A stretch of DNA of 64,000 nucleotides from a virus. Below, in pieces: positions 18,010 to 27,198 of this stretch (position 1 is the first letter of the stretch; the number at the start of each line of letters is the position of its first letter). The DNA is taken from the IMG/VR virus record IMGVR_UViG_3300031949_000014; one strand, written 5' to 3'. The translations under genes were made by a program, and so were the position numbers. Under the pieces are notes generated by a model that saw only the letters and a list, made by a program, of their open reading frames with translations, was not told the origin of the DNA and did not search any database.

Positions 18010-18034
18010 CTACTGATTCGTGCAGAATCAGTAG
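18010..18034. promoter_or_regulatory. Perfect 10-bp inverted repeat immediately before the GTG at 18035
   Basis: CTACTGATTC-gtgca-GAATCAGTAG. Confidence 0.55.
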
Positions 18035-18445
18035 GTGCTCTCCCCTTCTGAACTCGGGCGCCGGCTGGAGAAGTATTTCGCGTCAAAGCGCTCTTACTGC
18101 TTGCTCGACCAACACCAAGAACTCTGCGAGGGCACCTGGACGGCAGGAGGCTGCTGGGTCGCTGCAGAGGCGCTGGCGCGCTTGCTGCCAAAGAGCGAAC
18201 TCTGGACGGTCTACGACCACGGCACACCGCACCACGTCGTGGTGAAATACCGAGGGTTCTTCTTCGATGCAGATGGCGTGTTCAACGCACTCCAAATGCT
18301 AAACAAGATGCACAAAGAGGAGGGTCTGAAAGTTCCTGTGTTGCTGCCCGGCCTCGACCGCGAACAAGCCTTCAACGTGGGCCTCGTATGCCCGACCAAA
18401 GCCGTTCGAGAACTTGAACGCGAACTACAAAAGCTGCTCCGCTGA
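18035..18445 (+). CDS. Putative papain/transglutaminase-like Cys-His-Asp domain
   Basis: AGGCWVAAEAL, PHHVVVKY, FFDADG. Confidence 0.5.
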   Translation: MLSPSELGRRLEKYFASKRSYCLLDQHQELCEGTWTAGGCWVAAEALARLLPKSELWTVYDHGTPHHVVVKYRGFFFDADGVFNALQMLNKMHKEEGLKVPVLLPGLDREQAFNVGLVCPTKAVRELERELQKLLR

Positions 18446-18855
18446 TGCTCCCTTTCGCTGTCGCGGACGAGTACGGCGTGCACTTCGAAACCGGCGTGCC
18501 GGTGCAGTTCAAGTACGTGCGCAACACGCAAGGTGCTCCGCGGCCCGGCTTCGTAGACCAGTTCCAACAACGCATCGAGCCTCGAGGTCGCTTCATGCTC
18601 CACAATCCAAACCCCGGCGACCTGCCGCGCGGTTGGGTCTCCGGGACCGTTCGCTTCGAGAACCCGCTGGTCGTCTGGTTCAACGTCAAGCGCGACGGGA
18701 CTTACGACAACCAGAGTTGGAAGATGCTCTTGCACAAGCACTACCGCCGGCAAGGGTTGGCTCTGACACGCGCTCTGCGCCGAGACGGCTACGACGGCAT
18801 CGTGACGGTGATGCCTGATACCAAAGACACTCGCGAAATCGTCGCCCTTACGTGA
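18445..18855 (+). CDS. Hypothetical protein, possible ADP-ribosyltransferase-like fold
   Basis: RFENPLVV...LRRDGYDGIVTV...REIVAL resembles the C-terminal half of ART-PolyVal domains. Confidence 0.35.
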   Translation: MLPFAVADEYGVHFETGVPVQFKYVRNTQGAPRPGFVDQFQQRIEPRGRFMLHNPNPGDLPRGWVSGTVRFENPLVVWFNVKRDGTYDNQSWKMLLHKHYRRQGLALTRALRRDGYDGIVTVMPDTKDTREIVALT

Positions 18856-19229
18856 CCGAGCTCGAAGCCAGCCTGCAGTCTCGCGTAATCTCGACGTTGA
18901 CTTTGTACCTAGGCAACGGCGCGCGCGGCTACGTGGACCGTCGCGACGCGGGCGCGGTTTCACGGCGGTATCGCCAGAAGCGCGCAGCAGGGACGCCCGA
19001 CCTCCAGGTCGTACTCGCACACGGTCTCATCTGCTGGATTGAATTGAAGCGCCCAGGTCGCGCGACAAAGAAGCGTGCGGACCAAGAGGCACAGGCGGCC
19101 TGGCAAGCGCGCGCTCGTCGTCTCGGGCACAAGTTCGTCGTGGCGGACAGCGTGGAGGGCGCGATAGCGTTCGTGCGGAGGGTGGAGAGTGGTGCGCCTT
19201 GCAAGCAAGCTAGCAAGCTAGTAAGCTAA
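18852..19229 (+). CDS. VRR-NUC (PD-(D/E)xK) nuclease
   Basis: ELEASLQ...GTPDLQV...WIELKRPG...QAAW. Confidence 0.85.
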   Translation: MTELEASLQSRVISTLTLYLGNGARGYVDRRDAGAVSRRYRQKRAAGTPDLQVVLAHGLICWIELKRPGRATKKRADQEAQAAWQARARRLGHKFVVADSVEGAIAFVRRVESGAPCKQASKLVS

Positions 19230-19235
19230 GCCTAG
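19199..19235 (+). promoter_or_regulatory. Sigma70-like promoter overlaid by tetramer repeats (operator)
   Basis: TTGCAA(19199)-N17-TAAGCT(19222); GCAA/GCTA/GTAA x7 at 19201-19228. Confidence 0.6.
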
Positions 19236-19394
19236 ATGGAAGATCGAGTGCTCTTGGCCGTCCGGCTTCCTGCGGAAGTGCGTACAGATTTGCGTGTGCT
19301 TGCGCTCCGAAAAGGCAAGACAGTGCAAGACTTCGTAGTCGATCTCGTGCTTTCCGAGCTAAGGCGCGAACATCAAAAGGTAAAACGTGTTTGA
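19236..19394 (+). CDS. Ribbon-helix-helix regulator (52 aa)
   Basis: MEDRVLLAVRLPAEVRTDLRVLALRKGKTVQDFVVDLVLSEL; not in the ORF track. Confidence 0.75.
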   Translation: MEDRVLLAVRLPAEVRTDLRVLALRKGKTVQDFVVDLVLSELRREHQKVKRV

Positions 19395-19650
19395 ATCGCC
19401 AGAAGTAGTTTACCGAGACCCAAACAGTCCGCTGTCTTACCGGATGTTCTTCAACGAAGGCAACGAGCCTCCGCACGTTCACGTCGTGCATCGAAACAAA
19501 TCCGCGGCTAAGTTCTGGTTAGAGCCTGTGGAACTCTGTTTCAATTACGGATTCAACCCGTCCCAGTTGCGTCAAATTCGAGAGAAACTTCGATCTAACA
19601 TCGAATTCTTTAAGGAGCAGTGGCATGCCACCCAAGCTAAAAAGAAATAG
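19387..19650 (+). CDS. DUF4160-family protein (putative TA toxin)
   Basis: YRMFFNEGNEPPHVHV...AKFWLEPVELCFNYGF. Confidence 0.85.
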   Translation: MFESPEVVYRDPNSPLSYRMFFNEGNEPPHVHVVHRNKSAAKFWLEPVELCFNYGFNPSQLRQIREKLRSNIEFFKEQWHATQAKKK

Positions 19651-19903
19651 CTGCGCTGAGTATCCGATGGCGCGGAAGGTACGTGTTGTCGGAGACCTGC
19701 TTCAAGTTCACCTTCGTGACGGCCGAGCGTTCGAGTTGCCGCTCAAGTTGTTTCCGAGCGTCAACCTTGCGCCTGAGCCTGCCAGGAGCCAAGTGAGAGT
19801 TATTGCCCCCGGCATCGGGATCAAGTGGCCCTTCATCGGATACGAGCTGGGTGTCGGCGGCCTTCTACATCAGCACATGTTGCGCGCGCGACGCGCATCT
19901 TAA
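19625..19903 (+). CDS. DUF2442-family protein (putative antitoxin)
   Basis: VHLRDGRAFELPLKLFPS...GIGIKWP...ELGVGGLL. Confidence 0.8.
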   Translation: MPPKLKRNSCAEYPMARKVRVVGDLLQVHLRDGRAFELPLKLFPSVNLAPEPARSQVRVIAPGIGIKWPFIGYELGVGGLLHQHMLRARRAS

Positions 19904-20245
19904 TCATCTGAAGATCTTCGAGAGCACCCGTCCCAGCTCCCGATTCAGCGGCCTCGCCGCCAAGCGCAAAAGCTTCTTCTCGGTCTGCGCGCGATGCTTC
20001 CGGTGCTGGCGCTTCGAGTTGCAACTCAAGCACGCGGTGACGAGGTTCGTCGGCTCGTGCGTCCCGCCGCGCGAGCGCGAGACGATGTGGTCGAGCGTGA
20101 GCCCGAGACCGTTGTACGCCAGCGGGAAGACGCTGCGGCAGTACACGCAGTCAAAGCCGTCGCGGGCGTAGACGGCCAGGCGGGTGGAGCGACGGATCCA
20201 GGACGAGCTCCTCCCCGGTCTCTTGTGCCACTCGGCGCGCTTCAA
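19904..20245 (-). CDS. HNH endonuclease
   Basis: YARDGFDCVYC...TLDHIVSRSRGG...NLVTACLSCN. Confidence 0.9.
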   Translation of the reverse strand: MKRAEWHKRPGRSSSWIRRSTRLAVYARDGFDCVYCRSVFPLAYNGLGLTLDHIVSRSRGGTHEPTNLVTACLSCNSKRQHRKHRAQTEKKLLRLAARPLNRELGRVLSKIFR

Positions 20246-20514
20246 TTGAGGTCCCGAGACTTCGCACCGAACGCCCGCTCGTACCCTTCGCGGAACGCTC
20301 GGTTGTTCGCCCGCGTGGGCCTTCCGAGGTGCGTCACGTTCGTGATCTTCCCACCCTCCACACGCAAGACCGCCAAGGCCCCGTCCAGAGGCTTTTCTTC
20401 CTGCACCGGCCTGCTCTGGAACGTCCCCACCGACCCGTCGGGCTTGACCACGGTCGTCAGGCCGTCACTGTAGAACGCCGCATCCCCTGACTCCGGAACG
20501 AATTCGTCTGCCAT
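20242..20514 (-). CDS. Hypothetical protein
   Basis: GGAGG RBS; ATGA-type overlap. Confidence 0.55.
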   Translation of the reverse strand: MADEFVPESGDAAFYSDGLTTVVKPDGSVGTFQSRPVQEEKPLDGALAVLRVEGGKITNVTHLGRPTRANNRAFREGYERAFGAKSRDLN

Positions 20515-20565
20515 CTCGAACCTCCATCCTCTGGACGCCCCAACCCTACAGCGTATTCTGACCTC

Positions 20566-20784
20566 GTGAAGACCCAGACCGTGCGCTTCCTCGACGTTGC
20601 TCTCGTCGGGCCGCTGATGGTCTGGGGCGGCGCCCGCACCATCGAAGAACGCCCCCTGGCCGGCATCTTGCTCACGTTCCTGGGCCTCGCCACCGTTGCC
20701 TACAACGGGGTCAACTACGGCCGGGTCGCCCGCCGCCCCTTGCCGCGCCGGCGCTACTTGTCCAGCCGCCCGCGGCCGGTGTAG
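20566..20784 (+). CDS. Small two-TM viral membrane protein
   Basis: KTQTVRFLDVALVGPLM...LGLATVAYNGVNY. Confidence 0.65.
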   Translation: MKTQTVRFLDVALVGPLMVWGGARTIEERPLAGILLTFLGLATVAYNGVNYGRVARRPLPRRRYLSSRPRPV

Positions 20785-20820
20785 GATGAAGACCCGACAC
20801 CGGCACAGGAGGCGCTGAGC

Positions 20821-21207
20821 ATGAGAATTCCTCGATGGTTGTGGTGGACTGCCGGCGCTGCGGGCCTCGTGGCGCTCGCGACCAGGAGCCAGGCGCAGGC
20901 CGCACGCGTCGGGGACCTCGTCGTCCGCGTGGCGATGAAGCCCGGCACGGTCAGCATGCCGGCCGTCAACGCCATCCTCAACGGCCTCCTGGGGGTCCGC
21001 AGCACCGTCTGCCCGACGTTCCCACAGGTCGTCTCGGCCTCCGGCACCCCCGCCGTGGCCGGTGACGGCATCCAGGCCACCTTCTCAGCCACGTGGACCC
21101 ACGACCGCCTCGGCGCCATCAAGAGCGACGCCGCGGCGTGCGCCTTGAAGTACCTGCAGGGCCTGAACCCGAACGTCCTGGCCTTCTCCGCCGAGCGCGT
21201 CTCGTAG
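20821..21207 (+). CDS. Membrane-anchored protein (MRIPRW-type anchor)
   Basis: MRIPRWLWWTAGAAGLVALA. Confidence 0.65.
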   Translation: MRIPRWLWWTAGAAGLVALATRSQAQAARVGDLVVRVAMKPGTVSMPAVNAILNGLLGVRSTVCPTFPQVVSASGTPAVAGDGIQATFSATWTHDRLGAIKSDAAACALKYLQGLNPNVLAFSAERVS

Positions 21208-21217
21208 GACCCCTTTC

Positions 21218-21526
21218 GTGCGAATTCCAAGATGGGTGTGGTGGGCAGTCGGCACAGGAGGCTTACTCTATGCGCTGGCGCCGCCGGAATTCGGAATTAA
21301 AACTGCGGCCGCTCCTCTTTCTTGGTCCCCAACACCGGACGGCGGCGCGCGAACAAACACCATCAAGAAGGGCCAATACTTCCTGGTGTTGAAGAAACCC
21401 AACGGCGTTTTTGAAGCACAGCTTGTGACGGACACTGATCTTCTCAAAATAGTCGGGGCTTCTTACACCCTCCCCTTAGCTAAAGCTCAAGCCGAAGCAG
21501 CCTACCTTCGCGGTGCAGTGTACTGA
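21218..21526 (+). CDS. Membrane-anchored protein (MRIPRW-type anchor)
   Basis: MRIPRWVWWAVGTGGLLYAL. Confidence 0.65.
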   Translation: MRIPRWVWWAVGTGGLLYALAPPEFGIKTAAAPLSWSPTPDGGARTNTIKKGQYFLVLKKPNGVFEAQLVTDTDLLKIVGASYTLPLAKAQAEAAYLRGAVY

Positions 21527-21529
21527 GCC

Positions 21530-22075
21530 GTGCGCCTGAACCCCTGGGCGGTTGGAGGGGGCCTCCTGGCTCTCCTCGTGCTCTCCTCCAGGTCCAAAGC
21601 CGCTCTCGCGCCTTCTGGTGGCACGTTCTGGTCCTCCGAGCAGGACCTCGACGCCTTGGCGAGCATGCTCATCGTCGAGACGGGCTTCGTCAGGGACAAG
21701 AACGAGATGGCGCAGATAGTGTTCGTGGCGCTGAACCGCTCCCGAAACCACGGCAAGCCCGTCCGCGACATCGTCGCGCCGTGGCAGCGTAACCCTCTCT
21801 GGAACTCCGGCGCGGACTACAAGAGGCTCTTTGAAGCAGCCAGGAACAACGCTCGCTGGGACGCCGCGCGGGACTTCGCGCAAGCTGTGCTCACTGGAGC
21901 GTACAAGAACCTGGGCGCGACGGCCTTCGTGCACCCCGGCCGCATGCCGGTCCCGCCGTGCGCTGCCTGCACGCCGAAGAGGTGCCTGGTAGCGACATCG
22001 ACCAGCGCGGGAACGAAGTGCATCCCAGACTGGGCTGTAAACGGCCGCGTAATCGGCGGAGCGATGTTCGCGTGA
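21530..22075 (+). CDS. Membrane-anchored SleB/Hydrolase_2-like cell wall hydrolase
   Basis: DLDALASMLIVE...AQIVFVALNR...GATAFVHP. Confidence 0.55.
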   Translation: MRLNPWAVGGGLLALLVLSSRSKAALAPSGGTFWSSEQDLDALASMLIVETGFVRDKNEMAQIVFVALNRSRNHGKPVRDIVAPWQRNPLWNSGADYKRLFEAARNNARWDAARDFAQAVLTGAYKNLGATAFVHPGRMPVPPCAACTPKRCLVATSTSAGTKCIPDWAVNGRVIGGAMFA

Positions 22076-23121
22076 CTTTTCGAATCCCCCTCGCCGCGCC
22101 TGCGCTCCTCGGCAACGAACGCGCGTACGTCGAAGACGCTCTGACCAAGAATCAACTCTCCGGCGGGGAATACGTGAGCCGGTTCGAGACCGCCTTCGCC
22201 GCAAAACTCAAGACGCAGCACGCTATCGCCGTGTCGAGCGGCACGACAGCGCTACATCTGGCACTGCTGGCTCTCGGGGTGAACGCCAAAAGCCGCGTGC
22301 GCGTTCCGACGCTCACCTACGTGGCAACAGCCAACGCAGTGAAGTACTGCGGTGCCGAGGTCGTCTTTGAAGACGTCGACCCGAAAACCTGGGGCATGAT
22401 CGTCAACGGGAAGCAAGCCGAGTTCGCGATCCCGGTGCACCTCTACGGAGTCCCAACGGAAATGCGAAGCCACGAAGGCGGCGTCGTGGAAGATGCAGCC
22501 GAGGCTCTGGGGGCTTCAGATGCTGGCGGAAGAGCAGCCGGGACGATCGGCGAGCTGGGCGTCTTCTCGTTCTACGGCAACAAGATTCTCACCACCGGCG
22601 AGGGCGGCATGGTCGTGACAAACAACGACGAGCTCGCCGCGCGCGTGCGTTTTCTACGCGGGCAAGCCATGGATCCTGAGCGTCGCTACTGGCACACCGA
22701 GGTCGGATACAACTACCGGATGACCAACTTGCAGGCAGCAATCGGCTTGGGCCAGCTTGAGCGCCTCGACGAGCACCTCGGACGACGTCAGGCCATCATC
22801 GACCTGTACCAAGATTGCCTGGGAGGGGTTTTGGAACTGCAGTGTCCGACGTTCGGAACAATCGCGGCGCCTTGGTTGTTCGTCGGGCTCTTGCCTCGCG
22901 GCATCGACCGCGACCTGGTGATGCAAAAGCTCGCGGCGGAAGGCATCGAGAGCCGCCCCGCGTTCCCGTGCGTGCATCAGATGCCGATGTTCAACGTCTC
23001 TGGCTCTTTCCCCGTTGCAGAAGACATCAGCCGCCGCGGCATCTGCCTGCCGACGTTCGCCACGATGTCTGGGGCCCAGGTGGAAGAAGTGTGCGACGCG
23101 CTTGTGAAGAGCCTTCTGTGA
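22072..23121 (+). CDS. DegT/DnrJ/EryC1/StrS sugar aminotransferase (perosamine synthase-like)
   Basis: VSSGTTALHLAL, VVEDAAEALG, FSFYGNKILTTGEGG (PLP Lys), GYNYRMTNLQAAIG. Confidence 0.93.
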   Translation: MTFRIPLAAPALLGNERAYVEDALTKNQLSGGEYVSRFETAFAAKLKTQHAIAVSSGTTALHLALLALGVNAKSRVRVPTLTYVATANAVKYCGAEVVFEDVDPKTWGMIVNGKQAEFAIPVHLYGVPTEMRSHEGGVVEDAAEALGASDAGGRAAGTIGELGVFSFYGNKILTTGEGGMVVTNNDELAARVRFLRGQAMDPERRYWHTEVGYNYRMTNLQAAIGLGQLERLDEHLGRRQAIIDLYQDCLGGVLELQCPTFGTIAAPWLFVGLLPRGIDRDLVMQKLAAEGIESRPAFPCVHQMPMFNVSGSFPVAEDISRRGICLPTFATMSGAQVEEVCDALVKSLL

Positions 23122-24182
23122 GCAACAAGCAGAACAGAATTCTGTGGCTCTTCAACCACGAGACACTGACGTCTTTCGAAGTCCCTTTGCTGCGCAAGCT
23201 GGGCTTCGAGGTGTTCGTCCCTAAAATCTACCCGAAGACGGAAGAGTGGGGCTCTGGAGCCACCACCTGGGAGCACGACATCTCGCTTACGATCCCACAC
23301 GAAGCTCTGACATTGCTGAACAAGTGCGATTTCTACTCTTCTCTCCCGCTGACGGCCGAGGTGCTGGCCAACATCAACAGCCATTTCGCCGCTGTTTTTT
23401 TCAACCACCCCCCTCGGTTGACCCAACTGTTGAAGCGTTTTTCTGGCGCAGTTTTCTACCGTGTCTTTGGGCGAGAAGCGCCAAACAACTATGGCGCGTT
23501 CTTCACACCTGCTGACAAACGACAACTGCTCCGCCGAAGGGAACACTTCTTTTTTGCGCAGGCCCTCCCGTACATATCTGAGATTGAGGACAGATTCCTA
23601 ACGGACAGAGCGATCACCCTGCCTTTTGGCATCCCGGAACACGTGATGCAAAAGACCAACTCTTGGCGAGGTGGAAACCGAAAATTGCTCTTCGTCTGCC
23701 CAAGAATCTCAACCTCTCCGTACTACAAAAACATCTACGCCGCTTTCAAAGAGAACTTCTCCGACGTTCCGCATCTCATTGCAGGTAAACAGTTTCAGCG
23801 ATCGCAAGACACTGCGATCTTGGGCAACCTGCCTCGAGACAAATATGATGCTGTTCTGACAGCGTCTGAAGTCCTGTTCTACCACTCTGAAGAGCCCAGA
23901 CACATTCACTACCACCCACTTGAAGCTATGGTCTTCGGTGTGCCGATGATCTACATGCACAAGGGTGTGCTCGGCCGTCGCGCCGACCAAAAACTTCCAG
24001 GAGCGTGCGACACGATCAACAAAGCCAAAGAGAAGGTGCTACAGGTCCTCCGCGGCGACATAGCGTTCACCAACGAGGTTCTCGAATCACAAAAGAGCCT
24101 GCTCGCAAAGCTGTACTCTCCTGTGCATTGCGAACGTGCTTGGGAAAAGCTGCCCGAACTCATCCGCAAAGCCCTCAGATAG
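23118..24182 (+). CDS. Putative GT-B glycosyltransferase
   Basis: Cluster context; HIHYHPLEAMVFGVP resembles the GT-B nucleotide-binding motif. Confidence 0.6.
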   Translation: MSNKQNRILWLFNHETLTSFEVPLLRKLGFEVFVPKIYPKTEEWGSGATTWEHDISLTIPHEALTLLNKCDFYSSLPLTAEVLANINSHFAAVFFNHPPRLTQLLKRFSGAVFYRVFGREAPNNYGAFFTPADKRQLLRRREHFFFAQALPYISEIEDRFLTDRAITLPFGIPEHVMQKTNSWRGGNRKLLFVCPRISTSPYYKNIYAAFKENFSDVPHLIAGKQFQRSQDTAILGNLPRDKYDAVLTASEVLFYHSEEPRHIHYHPLEAMVFGVPMIYMHKGVLGRRADQKLPGACDTINKAKEKVLQVLRGDIAFTNEVLESQKSLLAKLYSPVHCERAWEKLPELIRKALR

Positions 24183-24193
24183 GAGAGCTTTAG

Positions 24194-24730
24194 GTGAACC
24201 TTACAAGCAGCCAACGTGCACTCGTCAAGACGAGCTACCAGCGGGCTCTCGTCGAGCAGTATGCAGAATACCCGCGCTGGCTTGAGCGGGATCCTGCGCA
24301 GAAGTTTGAACCGCAGATCATACTCGCTCCAGAACGCGTCTTCGTGCACCCGAGCGCCCGCATCGATTCCTTCGTCAAGATCGAAGGCGGTGAAGGTGTA
24401 TACATCGGCCCCAACGTGCACGTCGCGAGCTTCTGTCACCTCAACATCGGCGGTGGGGTCTTGATCATCGAAGAAGGTGCAAGGTGTAGCAGCGGCTCGA
24501 AGTTCGTCAGCGGGTCGCACGTTCAAGAGCGCGAGAAGCAAAGCCAGAACATCGAGCGCTCCTTCGTCCACATCGGGCGCAACGCCCTCGTGTTTACCAA
24601 CGCGGTCGTTCTGCCAGGCTGCAGCGTGGGTAGGAACTCGGTCGTTGGTGCGGGCTCGGTGTTGATCAAAGACGTTCCCTCGGGTGAGGTTTGGGCTGGA
24701 AACCCAGCGAGGAAGATCGGGGAGATGTGA
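24194..24730 (+). CDS. Hexapeptide-repeat (LbH) acyltransferase
   Basis: VHIGRNALVFTNAVVLPGCSVGRNSVVGAGSV...WAGNPARKI. Confidence 0.9.
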   Translation: MNLTSSQRALVKTSYQRALVEQYAEYPRWLERDPAQKFEPQIILAPERVFVHPSARIDSFVKIEGGEGVYIGPNVHVASFCHLNIGGGVLIIEEGARCSSGSKFVSGSHVQEREKQSQNIERSFVHIGRNALVFTNAVVLPGCSVGRNSVVGAGSVLIKDVPSGEVWAGNPARKIGEM

Positions 24731-24731
24731 G

Positions 24732-25355
24732 GTGAGGGTTTCGCACAAGCATAAGTTCTTGTTCTTAGCTAACCTAAAGACAGGTTCTGCAGGTCTCCGA
24801 AATATGCTCGATCCATATTCTGAGCCTCTAAAAAACACTTGGCCTTTGCTTCCAACATCGTATTTAGAGTTGAAACATGAGCACTTACGAGCGCAAGAAG
24901 TCAAGGAATTTTTCGTGTGCAACGGGTGGGATTTTGACAGCTACATGAAGTTCATTGTTGTGCGTAATCCGTGGGCACGGCTTGTTTCGTGCCATGCTGC
25001 TTATGCAAACAGAGGTCAACCTAACCCACCGCGCTTTAGGGAGTGGTTATACAATGTGAAGGTAGATGGTGATCCTGTTCACCCCTCAGGTTATTTTTCG
25101 TGCATGTCTTTGCAACACGTGGCTGGTGATGGATCCGGGCGCTTGTTGGTTGATCACGTATTGAAACTAGAAACGCTGACAACAACACTCCCTCCGCTGC
25201 TCGCCACTGTCGGCATTGCCAATGTCTCAATGCCGCACACCAACAAAACGCCGCACAAACACTATACAAAATTCTACCGTCCACGCGATGTCCAGCACGT
25301 CGCCAATCTGTATGCTGAGGAGATTGAACGCTTCGGCTATGCTTTTGGCCAATGA
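24732..25355 (+). CDS. Sulfotransferase family 2 protein
   Basis: FLFLANLKTGSAGL (5'-PSB), FIVVRNPWARLVS (3'-PB). Confidence 0.85.
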   Translation: MRVSHKHKFLFLANLKTGSAGLRNMLDPYSEPLKNTWPLLPTSYLELKHEHLRAQEVKEFFVCNGWDFDSYMKFIVVRNPWARLVSCHAAYANRGQPNPPRFREWLYNVKVDGDPVHPSGYFSCMSLQHVAGDGSGRLLVDHVLKLETLTTTLPPLLATVGIANVSMPHTNKTPHKHYTKFYRPRDVQHVANLYAEEIERFGYAFGQ

Positions 25356-26089
25356 GTAAAAGGATCATATTAGCATCGGCTTTCAGAAACCTCTCCGGCA
25401 AACGGCTGGTGCGATATCTGTCGCAGGTCTCGGCCTTCATCGCGGAGGGGGGGTTCGAGAGCTACCATCTCATCTGGGCAGAAGGGGATTCGACCGACAC
25501 CACGCTCGAAGAACTTCGAGCGGCTCGAACGACGTTCCAAGACCTCCCCGGCAACGTCACGGTAGACCTCATCGACGTTACGCACGGACGACCTAACTAC
25601 GGCTCCTGCGAGAACCCCGACCGTCTGCGATGCCTATCGCTCGTACTCAACAAGATACTGGACGCCGTTCCGGCCGACGCTGATGCGGTCGTCTATGTAG
25701 AGTCGGACTTGAAGTGGGTGCCGGAGGTCCTCCAGCGCCTGATTTCTCAGTTGCAGTCGCCGATAGACGTGATCAGTCCGCCCACGTTCCATAGACACCC
25801 AAGACGCCCTTCCGACTCGAAACTCCTCTACGACACCTGGGGCTTCCGCACGCTTGAAGGCCGCCGCTACGACCGGCACATGACGCGCCGTTCCTTGCAG
25901 CAAAAAGGACTCAAAGAAATGGGCTCAGTTGGCTCCTGCGTCGCGATGCGCGGCGACGTCGCTCGGCAGTGTCGCGTGTCGAACAACCTAGCTCTCGTTG
26001 GGTGGTGCGAAGCTGTTCGAGGACAAGGCTACCGCATCTGGAGTGATTGGCGTATACACATCAACCATCCAACAACAGCGAGTCCATGA
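25352..26089 (+). CDS. GT-A (GT2-like) glycosyltransferase
   Basis: EGDSTDTT, VVYVESDL (DxD-like), LYDTWGFR. Confidence 0.7.
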   Translation: MSKRIILASAFRNLSGKRLVRYLSQVSAFIAEGGFESYHLIWAEGDSTDTTLEELRAARTTFQDLPGNVTVDLIDVTHGRPNYGSCENPDRLRCLSLVLNKILDAVPADADAVVYVESDLKWVPEVLQRLISQLQSPIDVISPPTFHRHPRRPSDSKLLYDTWGFRTLEGRRYDRHMTRRSLQQKGLKEMGSVGSCVAMRGDVARQCRVSNNLALVGWCEAVRGQGYRIWSDWRIHINHPTTASP

Positions 26090-26619
26090 TAGCCCCGTAC
26101 GGAATTCGACACCCCTACACATCGCTCCTACCTGAGGTGCTTTGTAAATACATGGCAGAAGTCTTTATCGAGACTGGTACAAACCTAGGACACGCAACCC
26201 AGCTCGCGCTCGATGTCGGATTTTCCCGCGTCGTCACCGTAGAGCGCGACCACAGCCTCGCCCGAGCAGCCAAGCGGAGGTTCGCTAAGCGTCCCGTCAA
26301 AGTCATACGCGGGGCGTCAGCGAAGGCCCTTCTAGGGGTTGTCTCGAAGGTGGGTGTGAGGGCAACGGTCTACTTAGACGCCCACGGCCCGGAGAACCAC
26401 ACGCCGTTGCTCCAAGAGATAGCCGCGCTACTTCACGGTGCACGGCGCGACCATACGATCCTCATCGACGACGTGAGGATGTTCGGAAGTGAAGCCTGGG
26501 GCGGAGTAACAGAGACAGAGGCCCTAGCCTCTCTCCTTCTCGTCAACGACAAGTACGTGTTCAGCTACGAGGACACAACCAACAAACCAAACGACCTACT
26601 CGTAGCAAGCGTTGGCTGA
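26086..26619 (+). CDS. SAM-dependent methyltransferase-like protein
   Basis: VFIETGTNLG, VTVE, VYLDAH, ILIDDVRMF. Confidence 0.75.
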   Translation: MIAPYGIRHPYTSLLPEVLCKYMAEVFIETGTNLGHATQLALDVGFSRVVTVERDHSLARAAKRRFAKRPVKVIRGASAKALLGVVSKVGVRATVYLDAHGPENHTPLLQEIAALLHGARRDHTILIDDVRMFGSEAWGGVTETEALASLLLVNDKYVFSYEDTTNKPNDLLVASVG

Positions 26620-26622
26620 ACA

Positions 26623-27198
26623 ATGAGGTTCTCTCCGCGTCACAACTTCATCTTCTTCGCCAACCCAAAGACCGGCTCGACCAGTGTCGAGAAGCTCCTT
26701 CGCCCTCACAGCCGGTGCTTGCTTGTCTACAAGCATGTTCGAGTCGTCGAAGCCCGCGCACTGTTTGCAAGGAGACGCGTGCTCCGGTTCTTCGAAGGCG
26801 CGCACAAGTTCACGTTCACGCGAAACCCCTGGGACAGGACCGTGTCCCTCTATGAGTACTCACGCAAAACCCACGGTTTGACCAAGCCTTTCGCTTCGTG
26901 GGTTTTCGAACTGCGCGCGACGCCGGACGCCAAAAGCAAGATTACCTCCGCCTGTTCGTTTGAAGCCTTCGCTGGCGACGAACAAGGACATATCCTCGTG
27001 GACGAGGTGTTGAAGCTCGAAGAGATTACCGAGAAGCTTCCACCACTCCTTGAGCGTCTCGGCGTCCCGTGCGTTGTCATTCCCCGTGAGAACGTAATCC
27101 CAAGGAAGCACTACCGGGAGTACTACGACGAAGCGACGCGCGTGCACGTCGCGCAGCTCTACGCCGCCGACATCGAAAGGTTTGGGTACTCCTTCTGA
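26623..27198 (+). CDS. Sulfotransferase family 2 protein
   Basis: FFANPKTGSTS, FTFTRNPWDRTVSLY. Confidence 0.85.
   Translation: MRFSPRHNFIFFANPKTGSTSVEKLLRPHSRCLLVYKHVRVVEARALFARRRVLRFFEGAHKFTFTRNPWDRTVSLYEYSRKTHGLTKPFASWVFELRATPDAKSKITSACSFEAFAGDEQGHILVDEVLKLEEITEKLPPLLERLGVPCVVIPRENVIPRKHYREYYDEATRVHVAQLYAADIERFGYSF

Noticed and set aside
21958-22071. Upstream start for the aminotransferase
   Set aside because: Overlaps the hydrolase gene; the GTGA overlap at 22072 and family alignment favour the later start.
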